A stretch of 64,000 bases of DNA, taken from Octopus sinensis (taxonomy: Eukaryota). Below the pieces are notes generated by a model that had not been told where the DNA came from, did no database searches, and saw only the letters and a list, made by a program, of their open reading frames with translations. The translations under genes and the position numbers were made by a program. Position 1 is the stretch's first letter; the number at the start of each line of letters is the position of its first letter. Shown here one piece after another: positions 36,451 to 48,990 of this stretch. The DNA lies in contig NC_043019.1 of NCBI RefSeq assembly GCF_006345805.1, positions 13,205,360 to 13,269,359 of the forward strand, given 5' to 3'.

Positions 36451-36904
36451 GCCTATGATCTTCAGAAAGTCTACCAGATTGATTTCTTTTTTCCTCCACT
36501 TCCTCCTCCTTCTTCTTGTGTTCTTCATCTTCTTTTCCTTGGCTGTGACCTCCTTCTGCATTTCATGAATTTTTCATAATGGCCAGACACCAAACCCACC
36601 CCTTCCCTTCTCTGTCAGTTTTATATAGTGGCATTACTTGCTTCACTCTCCTCCTCCTCCTCCTACTCCTCCTTCCAGTATTTATTTGTTTGTTTGTTTT
36701 TTTTCATTTTTGATTTCTACTAAACACCGTCTTTTTTTTCTTTTTTTTTCTTCTTTGTTTTTTTTCTTTTTTCCAGTTTCTTGTTTTTGTCAGATCTTTC
36801 TTTAATTCTTTAAGGCTGTAGGTTTTTCTTGTTTTCTTTTTTTGTTTGTATTTTTAAGTTCACAGTTTATGTGCAGAGTTTAAAGACTTTTCTTTTTTTT
36901 TTCA

Positions 36905-37340
36905 TGTTTGTTTGTGTGTGTATGTATGTATGTATGTATGTATGTATGTATGTATGTGTGTATGTATGTATGTATGTATGTATGTATGTGTGTATGTATG
37001 TATGTATGTATGTATGTATGTATGAATGTATGTATGTATGTATGTATGTTTGTGTGTATGTATGTATGTATGTATGTATGTATGTATGTATGTATGTATG
37101 TGTGCATGTATGTGTGTGTATGTATGTATGTGTGTATGTATGTATGTATGTGTGCATGTATGTATGTATGTATGTATGTATGAATGTATGTATGTATGTA
37201 TGTGTGCATGTATGTATGTATGCATGTATGTATGTATGTATGTATGTATGTATGTATGTATGCATGTATGTATGTATGCATGTATGTATGTATGTATGTA
37301 TGTATGAATGTATGTATGTATGTATGTGTGCATGTATGTG
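36905..37340. repeat. (TATG)n tetranucleotide microsatellite
   Basis: Direct reading; a similar tract lies at 31915-32330. Confidence 0.95.
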
Positions 37341-37408
37341 TTTACATCTGTGTGTGCGTTAGTGTGAATGTGTGTGTGTATTTATATATCATCATCATTA
37401 AATGTCCG

Positions 37409-37442
<34 letters not shown>

Positions 37443-37662
37443 CCAGTTTTTTGATGTGTGTGTATTTGTGTGCTTATGTGTGTTTGTTTATGTCTGTTTG
37501 TGTGTATGTGTATATGCATAACTAAATGTCAGTGTGTATGTTTGCATGTGTATTTACGTATGTGTGTGTATTGTGTGTTTTTATATGTTACATCTGTATG
37601 ATGATGTCTATGTTCATACATATACGTTAGTGTATATTTAAATGTGTGTGTTTATACACACA

Positions 37663-37727
<65 letters not shown>

Positions 37728-38169
37728 TCACACACATATGCAGCACTAGATTTTTAACTCTTTTGAAGCAGGAAGGGTGAAGCCCACAATGTTTCAAGTG
37801 TCCTCTGAGACTTCAAATGAGAGGAGAAGAGGAAGGGCAGAACCCACGCCATTTTTGCAAGCCCTCTGAGGTGGGTGAGAAACAGGATTTAGCTAGTTTA
37901 GGAAGGGCAAAGCCCATGCTGCTTAAACAGATCTTGCAGCTTGGAAAGTGTGTGAAGCCCACACCATTATATTACTGTTCTGATAATGGTGGGAGTTTTT
38001 TTAATGGAGGTTCTAATCAGATGGTGAAGGCGCATGGCTCAGTGATAAGAGCAGGATTTCCCAACCTTTTTACCCTTACGTAACCCTTAAAATAAATTAT
38101 ATGTCTCAAGGAACCCCTGCACAAAAAAAAAAAGATTATATACCATATAAGGATTAGGATGCCACAGCT

Positions 38170-39050
38170 ATATTTGAAGGAAACAGCATACTCCACAGCT
38201 CACGCACTAGCAGTACTTCTAGGGATCTATGTACCTAGGAAGCCCCATAGATTACAGGATAGTAGTACTTGTAGGGGTCAGGAGACCACTTAGCTCACAT
38301 ACTAGCAGTACCTGTAGAGATCGGAGTACCACATAGTTCACATGCTAGCAGTGTCTGTAAGGATGGGAGTACCCCATAGTTCACACACTAGTGATGTTTG
38401 AAGGGATCAGGGTAACATCATAGCTCACACATGAGCAGTGCATTTACAGATCAGTGTATCCCATAACTCACACACTAGCAGCATTTGTAGGGATTAGGGT
38501 ACGCGAAACCTCACACACTGGAAATATTTGTAGGAATTAGGGGATTCCTGTAACTCATGCCCCGGCAGTATTTGTAGGAATCAGGTACCCTATAGCTCAC
38601 ACACTAGCAATATTTGTAGGCATTAGGGTATCCTGTACCCTTGGGCATATCTAGGGTAAATGGCGCCAAGGACAAGTATCATAATTGCAACCCCCACCCA
38701 CCCACCCAACTGAAAAGCGGAAATACGCATGAAAAAAATTAATAACTGTTTTGTTTTTTTAATGGATTAATTAGAAAATGATTTTGGTCAAAATTGCAAC
38801 CTCCTCAAAGTGGCGCCCAGGGCATGTGCCCTGCTTGCTCCACCCAAGCTACGCCCCTGCCTGCACCTAATGTACAGGCAGTATTTATAGGGATCAGGTA
38901 TCTCATAGACCTGAGACAAATGCTATATTTGGGGAGCAGTGTACTCCATCACCCCTTTCCCTCCATAGCTTATACACAAGCAGTATTTTACAGATCAGGG
39001 GAAACCCCCTCGTGGTTCACACACAATCAGCACAGTGCTACTACAGTTCT
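38170..39050. repeat. Diverged ~43-bp minisatellite, split by a MITE
   Basis: Consensus about gtaccccatagctcacacactagcagtatttgtagggatcagg; ~11 units left and 3-4 right of 38640-38859. Confidence 0.7.
38640..38859. mobile_element. hAT-type MITE inserted in a minisatellite
   Basis: Right end gctacgcccctg, decayed left end cttgggcatatctaggg; 8-bp flanks CCTGTACC / CCTGCACC. Confidence 0.6.
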
Positions 39051-39546
39051 CGGAGTCGGTTGACTTAAATTTCTTGTTTACGAAAAGCAGAGTATTTTAT
39101 TTTCAGATATGCTGACAAGTCACTCTACATCTGAGCAAATATGATCCTTCATTTCCTCATTCTGGATTAATTTTTTAGAGGTTAATGTTGTTTTTTAGTT
39201 GTTTATTTGTTTTGTTTTTTTTTTGTTTTTTTCTTTCTACTGAGAGCAAAAGGAAATGACACCAACCTGGTTGGTCTTTCTTCTCGATTGTAACTTGTTT
39301 CCATTTATAAATTTAGATATTTCTTCTTTTTATTTCATTTTGACACCCACCTCACCCCTGTTACTGTACCGGATAAAAATGCTTAGCAGCACTTTGTCCA
39401 TCTTATTTCTGAGTTCAAATTGTACCAAGCTTGACTTTGCCTTTCATCCTTTCAGGGTTGATAAATTAAGTACCAGTTGAACACTGAGGGTCAATGTGAC
39501 TTACCCTCTCCCTCAAAATTGCTGGCCTTGTGCCAAAATTTGAAAC

Positions 39547-39591
<45 letters not shown>

Positions 39592-42022
39592 GGCAGCAAG
39601 CAGTCAGTATTATTAGCGTGCCAAACGAAAATGATTAGAAGTGTTCTGTCCATCTTCATATTTCCAGTTCTCCATCATGGCTACAGCATCTCCCAGCAGG
39701 ATAAATACTGTCAATTGTATCTTCCCTCAAAGTGATTCATTCTTTATTTTACCTGCCTCACAAAGACGAAAGACAAAGTTTGTCCATAGCAGGATTAGAA
39801 CCCAGCATCTCTGAATGTAAGAGTGTAGCTATGCAAGGTTAAATTTTTTTTTTATTTGCTGCTCCACCAATTCTGTCCAATCCACCACTGCCCCTAGCAA
39901 CCAAAACATCTTCCTTTTTTTTTTTTTTTTTTTTTCTGTTGTCCTGTTATTGAAGAGGCAACATTAGCTAATTAATTACATTAGCTCTCATTAAATTACT
40001 GGTGATTTTGTTAGGTTTGCAGGAGCATAAAGCGCCAGAGTTGAGTGAAGAATGAAGTGTGTTTTGCTGCCTCTTCTTATTCTGTTGACTATTTCCATTT
40101 TCGATGAGAAAGAAGAATGGGTTCTTTAACTGTTTATTGACAAGGACATTTGCGAAATGGGAGTCTGCTCAGATGACAACGATGATGATAATGTTGTTGA
40201 TAATAACCGTAATAACAAGAAGAAGAAGAAGAATAGCGATGATAATGATAAAAAATTAGTTCAAATTATACAACTATAGAAACTGGTTTTTATTTCGTTT
40301 TTCTGCCTATTTTCAAATTTACCATCTTTTTTTTTCGCCCTCCTCTTTCTCCTCCTTTCTCTCTCTCCCTCCTCCCCTTATCAAAACCTTAGAAAGAAAA
40401 GAGATATTACACAAATGCACACACAGACACACACACACACGCGCGGCATGTTATTTCTTCATGATGAAAGAATCTGTGTGTGTATATATAGAGAGCTAGC
40501 GATGTGTATTTATGTATAGACATAGAAAGCTAGAGAGAAAGAAGAGACAGATGTGTGTATACCTATATGTAGTTATATATTAACATATACATATGTATAT
40601 ATACACATCTATACATATACATACATGTATGCATATATATATATATATACACACAGTTATAGTTATATATTAACATATACATATGTATATATACACATCT
40701 ATACATATACATACATGTATGCATATATATATATATATATATATTATACACACACATATATAGTTATATATTAACATATACGTATGTATATATACACATT
40801 TATACATATACATACATGTATGCATATATATATATATACACACATGTATGTAATGTATGAGTGTGTGTGTGTGTGTGTGTGTGGTGTGTGTGTGTTAGTG
40901 AAAGAAAGCTATTTTGTTCTCTTTCCTTCCCACCCCCCTGTTTCCTTCTCTTCCTCAGCAAAAGAAAATAATTAAATGAATTATTTGCTTCTTGAAGTAT
41001 GTTTTGGTGTGAGTTGATAAAATCTTTAGATTGCATTAGGAGCAACAGCAGCAGCAGCGAAGTTTCCTTTGCGAGTCGGAACTTCAGTGGAAGAAACTCA
41101 CTGGAAAAATAATAATACAATAGCTCATAATTTGATTTATATATAGAAATACGACCAGACAAGGGAACTTGTTCTCATTCACTTTGTATTCTAAACAATT
41201 TGGAATGTGTTGTCATCTTTGATGTCTAAACATATTGTACACACTGTTTTAACACAGCACTAAGATGTAACTTCCATTGGTTTGCATTTCTTCCGTGTTT
41301 GCTGCTAATTTATTAATGTACTGACTGTATTTGTCTGCTGACCTGGAAACCTGTTGCATATACATCTGTGGTAGCCAGTTCCGATTTGTTTATGGCCAAA
41401 CAAGGTCGAGGGTGAATTAAATTTAACAGACCAGAATATTTACAGAATGTCAAAATACGGTTTACAGAGAATCGTGACGAACTTGACCTCCGTCGTTTTT
41501 AAGTATTTGTTTCCAATTTGTACTGGAAATGAAAGTGATTCTATCCACCGGTCACTGAGAATGGTAAATTGAATTACAGAATGTATGTAAATCAGGAAAC
41601 CGTAATGAATATGTATAAGCTTAAAAAATTGCTGGCATTTTTACAACTAACAATACAAGTGCAGATCTGTTGAAGAGATGAACAAAGAAAATTGACTCAG
41701 TAAATGTCCTCTGCTGGGAATTAAAAGAAATTAGCTGTAAAAGTTACCGATTCTTTAGAAATAAGATTAACCAGTGGGTCAGAGGTTCATATCTGTGTCC
41801 TATTATTGTTGTATCACTGTGATTCTGGACAAGGTACTAAATTCTACCTGCACATTTTATCGACTTGCCATCAAACTCTCTAGTGCTGCTGCCGCAATAA
41901 AATGCACCTGTTAAATTGTGTGAAATGGTTGGCGGGAGAGAAAAGACTGTTTAGTCTTGCTTGGGACAAGGCAACCTCATTGGTGCTGGTGCCTTGAAAG
42001 AAATCGTAGGTGGATTCTATAA

Positions 42023-42620
42023 GGCGGGGAGCTGATAGTACGTTAGCACATCAGACGAAATGCTTTGCGGTATTTCGTCTGCCACTACGTTCTGAGTTCA
42101 AATCCCGCCGAGGTCGACTTTGCTTTCATCCTTTCAGGGTTGCTTAAATAAGTACCAGTTATGCACTGGGGTCAGTATAATGAATTTAATCCATTTGTCT
42201 GTCCTTGTTTGTCCTCTCTGTGTTTAGCCCCTTGTGGGTAGTAAAGAAATAGGTATTTCGACTGCTGTTACGTTCTGAGTTCAAATTCTGCTGAAGTCGA
42301 CTTTGCCTTTCATCCCTTCGGGGTCAATTAAATAACTACCAGTTACACACTGGGGTCAATATACTCGACTTAATCCGTTTGTCTGTCCTTGTTTGTCCTC
42401 TCTGTGTTTAGCCCCTTGTGGGTGGTAAAGAAATAGGTATTTCGTCTGCTGTTACGTTCTGAGTTCAAATTCTGCTGAAGTCGACTTTGCCTTTCATCCT
42501 TTCGGGGTCGATGAAATAAGTAGCAGTTACGCACTGGAGCCGATGTAATCGACTTAATCCCTTTGTCTGTCCCTATTTGTCCCCTTCATGTTTAGCCCCT
42601 TGTGGGCAATAAAGAAATAG
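42023..42620 (+). mobile_element. SINE S2 trimer (one head, three ~183-bp bodies)
   Basis: ggtatttcg(t/a)ctg restarts at about 42069, 42252, 42436; each unit ends aaagaaatag. Confidence 0.8.
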
Positions 42621-42887
42621 GGTGGATTCTCTTGACCCTGGCTGGTAGAGAAAACGGTCAACAGCTGTTCAACATAGGATCTAGAAAATTAAAAAAAGAA
42701 AAACATGAAACTACTTCATTCTTATGGAATGTATCCAGGGACTGTAAGAAAAGAGATTTAAATATGCCACTCAGATATAATTTTGACATGTAACACTGCT
42801 TGGTTGTGTGGTCAAGAAGCTTGTTTCCCAACCTTGTAGTTACGGGTTCAGTCCCACTGTGCAGTACTTTTTGACATGTGTTTTCTA

Positions 42888-43028
42888 TAAGGTTGTCCCA
42901 AAAGTTCGTAGAAAGTCTTGGAAAATAATGGTCTTTATTTTGAGGAATAATTTTTGTTGTTTTTGTTAGTACTTGGCGAGTAAAAATTCAATTTTCGCAA
43001 GTGTTTACGAACTTTTGGGACAACCTAA
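42888..43028. mobile_element. mariner-type MITE
   Basis: TIR aggttgtcccaaaagttcgta / tacgaacttttgggacaacct; TA-type flank; interrupts an S1 SINE. Confidence 0.75.
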
Positions 43029-43382
43029 TGTTATGACCATCTTTACCACCACCACCGCCACCTGCACAACCTTCATCATCATCATCATCACCATCATTTC
43101 CATTGTCATCGCCACTGTCATAATCATCAGTACCACCACCACCATCATCATCATCATCTCAAACTCACTTTTCATCTTTCTGTGGTCAATATAACACCTA
43201 CCAGACATGTAACAATATCTGTCTAATTGTCTATGCAAATTCGTGGCCTGCTGCCAGTGATCAAAATACACATTAGGAAACTAGGCTTCGTTCAGATGAA
43301 AGGTTGAAGTTGTTTTCTTTTTTGTTTTGTTTTTATTATTTTTTACTTGTTCTGTATTCTTGACATACATACATACATCTAC

Positions 43383-43427
<45 letters not shown>

Positions 43428-44284
43428 CAATACATATCTCATCATCATTGTTTAACACCTATCTTCCATGTTGGCATGGGCTGGAATATATTATACATAC
43501 ACATATGTATATATGTATGTGTATATATGCAGAAGGGATGACCACTAAGTGGACATCATCCAATATGCTAGAAATAGATCACCTACGATCTAAATGCAAA
43601 AAAAAAGAATGTTCTCTAGAAAAATTCAGCAAACACTCTCTTATATGCATGTAATACAATTTTTCTTAGTTTTCAGATTTTTCTATATGCTAGGCCACTG
43701 GTTTTAAATTGATGTTAATTAAATTAATATTCAATTTATCACCCTCATTATTTAATATATACACACACACACACACATATATATACATGCACATAGACAG
43801 TTACAATAAATATGGAGATTAGTACGTCTACATATTTATTATAATTCTCTTGGACTTAAGCTCCTGAAAATATTCATAATTCAGAGAAACAAACCCAGGA
43901 TTTACCAATTTGATAAATTACAGTGGTATTTCTTAGCCTCAGTAACCCTAAGTGCTCCTTACAACTCGATGCTGTTAGCCAGATTATAACTACATGTTCA
44001 TACAGTACCTGCCTTCGAAACACGCATTGAGTCGAAACAGGGGCAGCTGATGAAGGGGAATTTTCCTTGTATTGTTTGCCCTGTACTCTGTTTTTTCGTT
44101 GTTAAAAAAAGTCCGTTTCCTAGTTTGTTTTTATGTTTTCGTTTCTCATTGAGTTCTACGTTTATTTGTGGTGTCCTGTACTCATATATATATATATTTA
44201 TATGCATGTATATATACATTTAGATGTAGGTACGTACATATATGTATGTATGTATGCATATATTTTATTTATTAAATTATTATA

Positions 44285-44940
44285 TCATCATCATCATCAT
44301 CATCATCGTTTAGCATCCGTTTTCCATGCTAGCATGGGTTGGACGGTTCTACTGGGGTCTGTGAAGCCAGAAGGCTTCATCAGGCCCAGTCAAATCTGGC
44401 AGTGTTTCTACGGCTGGATGCCCTTCCTAACGCCAACCACTCCGTGAGTGTAGTGGGTGCTTTTTACGTGCCACCCGCACTGGTGCCAGACAAAGCTGGC
44501 AAACGGCCACGAACGGATGGTGCATTTTATGTGCCACCGGCATGAGGGCCAGGCGAGGCTGGCAACGGACACGAAACGGGGCGGTGCTGGCAACGGTCGC
44601 AAAACGGAAAGTTCTCTTACATGCCACCGGCACTGGTAACACATCCGCAATTTCCATTGATCGATTTCCATTGATCGATTTTGATTCTGATCCTCACTTG
44701 CCTCAACGGGTCTTCACAAGTAGAGTTTCGACATGCCACCGGCACTGGTAACACATCCGCAATTTCCATTGATCGATTTCGATTCTGATCCTCACTTGCC
44801 TCAACACGTCTTCACAAGTAGAGTTTTGTGTCCCAAGAAGGGAAGGTATGCATACGTAGGCTGGCTCCATCCCATGTAGAAGGCCACGGGTTATGGACTC
44901 ACTTGGGTTATGAATCCAACCCACTGATCTCAACTCCGCT
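44285..44940 (-). mobile_element. RTE-LINE 3'UTR copy with ~110-bp internal tandem duplication
   Basis: (CAT)n tail at 44285. acatgccaccggcactggtaacacatccgc...cacaagtagagttt occurs twice (about 44619-44728 and 44731-44826). Confidence 0.7.
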
Positions 44941-45652
44941 TATACGCATACCATTATGTAAAAAACAAAAGAACAAAATAACATTCTAAATAATAGTCTT
45001 TTCCTTGCATTGTCGAAAACCAAACAGCATTATAGTTAGATGAGTCAACCTCCCTGGTCAACCAAGAAGCACATTTGCTGGCAAGCAATCCGACAAGGAA
45101 GTTTCTATTCTGGTGGTTGACACCCTCTCCCATGGGTGAAAGTTCGCCCACAATTTCATATGAAACCTTTGACAAATCGTCTAAAAATCCAGGGGTGGGG
45201 TGATGCTGAGTAAAAATTAAAAAGAAAATTAAAAATAAAAACTGTTTAAATCTTAAGACCAAGGCAGTAATTTAATACAAGTTAATATAATTTACATACT
45301 CAATCACATAAACATACACACATGCATATATATATGTGTGTATATATATATATATATTTATCTACATATGTATGTATGTATAAATCTCTGTTGATTCAAC
45401 AAGAAGCGATAGATTACAAAATTTTAAATATAGAGTGTTCTTTAAATATATTTAAGTGAAAGGTTCATAGATGTAGTTCACTCAGTTTCATGCATTTCTG
45501 TTTAAAAAATAAGTTTCAAACAACAGATAATTTAAGAGAAAATATGATTGGATTACCAGCAAGAATGATTGGGAATGTGAAACTTGGAGAACTGGAATTA
45601 GCTGGAATTAGAGCCTTTCAGTTATATATATATATATATATGTATGTATATA

Positions 45653-45787
45653 TTGGGTGATTCAAAAGTTGCCATACATAAAACAATTTATTTTGTTATA
45701 AGAAACAGTTTTTTTGGGTTTTTTATTTAACTGTTTCTTTTAGAAAAATAGATTTTTCCTATGTATGGTGACTTTTGAATCACCCTG
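45653..45787. mobile_element. Tc1/mariner-type palindromic MITE
   Basis: gggtgattcaaaagt(tg/ca)ccatacata arms extend ~55 bp; ends caccctg; in (TA)n context. Confidence 0.7.
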
Positions 45788-45789
45788 TG

Positions 45790-45859
<70 letters not shown>

Positions 45860-45981
45860 CATACACACACATAAATAAATGTATACACCCATAGAAAGGA
45901 GACGTGTGTGTGTGTATATATATATAAATTTGTATATACATATGTGTATATATATATATATATGTAAATGTGTATCTGTAC

Positions 45982-46015
<34 letters not shown>

Positions 46016-46627
46016 CACACACACACACACACACACTGAATAGACTTCCACATAGTTTCAATCTACTCAAATCTACTCAGAAGGCTTTGTTTGGCCCAAG
46101 CCTTGTAATTAATACAGGAAACTTGTCCACGGTGCCATGTAGCAGAACTGAACCCAGAACACATGGTTGGTAAGCAAACTTCTTAACCAAGCACCCACAG
46201 AAAACAGAAATAAATGAATACGATAAAAACAGAATAGAGAAGATGCTTGTCGTCTGAACTCCTTCTATCATAGGTCTATCTACCAGAAATGGACTGGACT
46301 TGGAAACGCCCTGCCCCCCACCTAAAGAAACAAAAATAAACAACAAAACTCTGGAATGACAACAAAGGACCATCTCTGTCTCTCGCTCTCTCTCTGTCTC
46401 TCTCACACACACACACAAGAAAAAACTGTTGACAGTATTACAAAGATGTGTCTTTTCTTAAAGGAGCAAATTTTTGTCTTTCCAAAATAATTTCCCAAGG
46501 AATTACTTCGGAACAATTCTGTCCATTTTTTTTTTTTTTTATTCTGCTGTTCTTGTTTCTTTTCTCACCGTACTTACTACAAGAAAATCGTTCCTTCTTC
46601 TCCACATTCTCTACATCTGCTGCTGTT

Positions 46628-46658
<31 letters not shown>

Positions 46659-46845
46659 CTAAAATTTTCCTGTTTTTTTAAAATTTATTTTGTATGTCGT
46701 CTTTTTATGTCACAACTTTTTGTTAAACTGTTTTTTTTTTAAAAAACTTCATTTGTACTGAGGTAAAATTTACATAACTTGATAAATTTTGAATTGCATT
46801 TTGTTAAATTATAAATAAAAAAAATCTCCTACCCATTTATTATTA

Positions 46846-46881
<36 letters not shown>

Positions 46882-47382
46882 TATTATTATTATTATTGTT
46901 ATTATTATTATATGTCTATTTATTTATTTATTTCGTAATATATTTTCTTTTAAATTATCAACTTTTTAGCCTTCTCTGTTAGTATATTCATAGCATCACA
47001 TCAAGATATTATATTAGATTAAAAATTTTATATATTTATATATTTATATTTGTGTGTGTATGTGTGTCCATATGTGTGTGTATGTATTTATATATACATA
47101 TGTGTATATGTGTTGTGTGTATGACAGGAATTTTTTCTTTTACATTTTTAATAAATTCAATTTCAAACTAAATTTAAGAATGTAATAATATTCTCCATCT
47201 TTCGTTCTTTCTTTCTTTCTTTTTGTTTTTTCTCTTCGATTCTATACAGGAAATATAGGAAGACAAATTTAGAAATACACACATGCATTATATCTCACAT
47301 ATCTATCTATCTATCTATCTATATATATATATATATATATATATCTTTCTGTCAGTCAATCTCTCTATCTATCTATCTATCT

Positions 47383-47745
47383 ATGGTTCCGTGTTCAGTC
47401 CCACTGCGTGGCATCTTGGGCAAGTGTCTTCTGCTATAGCCCCGGGCCGACCAATGCCTTGTGAGTGGATTTGGTAGACGGAAACTGAAAGAAGCCTGTC
47501 GTATATATGTATATATATATATATGTATGTGTGTTTGTGTGTCTGTGTTTGTCCCCCTAGCATTGCTTGACAACCGATGCTGGTGTGTTTACGTCCCCGT
47601 CACCTAGCGGTTCGGCAAAAAGAGACCGATAGAATAAGTACTGGGCTTACAAAGAATAAGTCCCGGGGTCAATTTGCTCGACTAAAGGCGGTGCTCCAGC
47701 ATGGCCGCAGTCAAATGACTGAAACAAGTAAGAGAAAAAAGAGAA
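47383..47745 (+). mobile_element. SINE S1, 5' part of head missing
   Basis: Starts at atggttcc; otherwise complete. Confidence 0.8.
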
Positions 47746-47778
47746 AGAGATATATATATCTTTCTGTCAGTCAATCTC

Positions 47779-47809
<31 letters not shown>

Positions 47810-47812
47810 CTC

Positions 47813-47849
<37 letters not shown>

Positions 47850-47851
47850 AT

Positions 47852-47882
<31 letters not shown>

Positions 47883-48031
47883 CTGTCTGTCAGTCAATCT
47901 CTCTCTCTATCTCTCTATCTATCTATATGTATGTATATATCTATCTGTTTACCTATATCTATCTATATCTATTTTTCTGTCTATCTATTTATCTGTATGT
48001 CTATCCGTCTACCTATATGTCTCTGTCTGTG

Positions 48032-48089
<58 letters not shown>

Positions 48090-48159
48090 ATATGTATGTG
48101 CCTATGTATTTATAGACATACCTCAATTTATCCATCCATCCACCAATCTATCCCTTTAT

Positions 48160-48380
48160 CTGGCAGAAACGTTAGCACGCCGGGCGAAATGCATAGCCGT
48201 ATTTCGTCTGTCATTACGTTCCGAGTTCAAATTCTGCCGAGGTCGACTTTGCCTTTCATCCTTTCAGGGTTGATTAGATAAGTACCAGTTATGCACAGGG
48301 GTCGATATAATCGACTTAATTCGTTTGTCTGTCCTTGTTTGTCCCCTCTGTGTTTATCCCCTTGTGGGTACTAAAGAAAT
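48160..48380 (+). mobile_element. SINE S2
   Basis: ctggcagaaacgttagcacgccgggcgaaatgc...gtactaaagaaat. Confidence 0.8.
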
Positions 48381-48671
48381 ATATCCCTTTATCAATAGAT
48401 GGATAGATAGATAGACGGACAGACAGACAGGAAGAAAGAAACAAACAAACACAGCTCAGTTTCTGTTTGGGCGTTGTTGGAGAGTCTATATTTGTATTCT
48501 TGGTGACAGCTTGTCCGTCTGCCTCTGTGATTCCTGTTTGAATTTCCAAAATCCCTGGTCACACTTACTTTGGTGAAACTCAAATAACCAACCCTAATAG
48601 GAATAACATTTATGCCACTTCCTCTGACACTCAATCCTTTCTGTTGTCCCCAATGCCTTTAAACTACCTCC

Positions 48672-48810
48672 TCTTTCTTCTTCCTCTTTCTTCTTCTTCT
48701 TCTTCTTCTTCTTCTTCTTCGTCTTCTTCTTACTTTCTTCCTTTCTTCTTCTTCTTCTTCTTCTTCTTCTACTTCTTACTTTCTCTTCTCCTTCTTCTTC
48801 TTCTTCCTTT
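48672..48810. repeat. (CTT)n trinucleotide tract
   Basis: Direct reading. Confidence 0.9.
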
Positions 48811-48951
48811 CTCTCCTTCAAACTCCCCCTTCTCTTCCTCCTCCTACTTCTCTGCAAAACACCATCCTCTCTGTCCCTCAATTACTCTTTCATCATGCCG
48901 CCTCTCCCCCTACCTCTCTCTCTTTCTCCTTTCTCCCTCTGTCTTCTCTCT

Positions 48952-48990
<39 letters not shown>

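Noticed and set aside
38170-39050. CRISPR-like array
   Set aside because: Whole units are homologous with no unique spacers; eukaryotic context.
41200-41960. Long repeat-free block with 25-55-codon open frames
   Set aside because: No consistent acceptor/donor pair or recognisable protein motif on either strand.
44360-44390. Minus-strand CTGATGA-AGCC-TTCT-GGCT
   Set aside because: Followed by TCAC rather than GAAA; arises by mutation of the RTE 3'UTR (ctggtgcagccttctggct).
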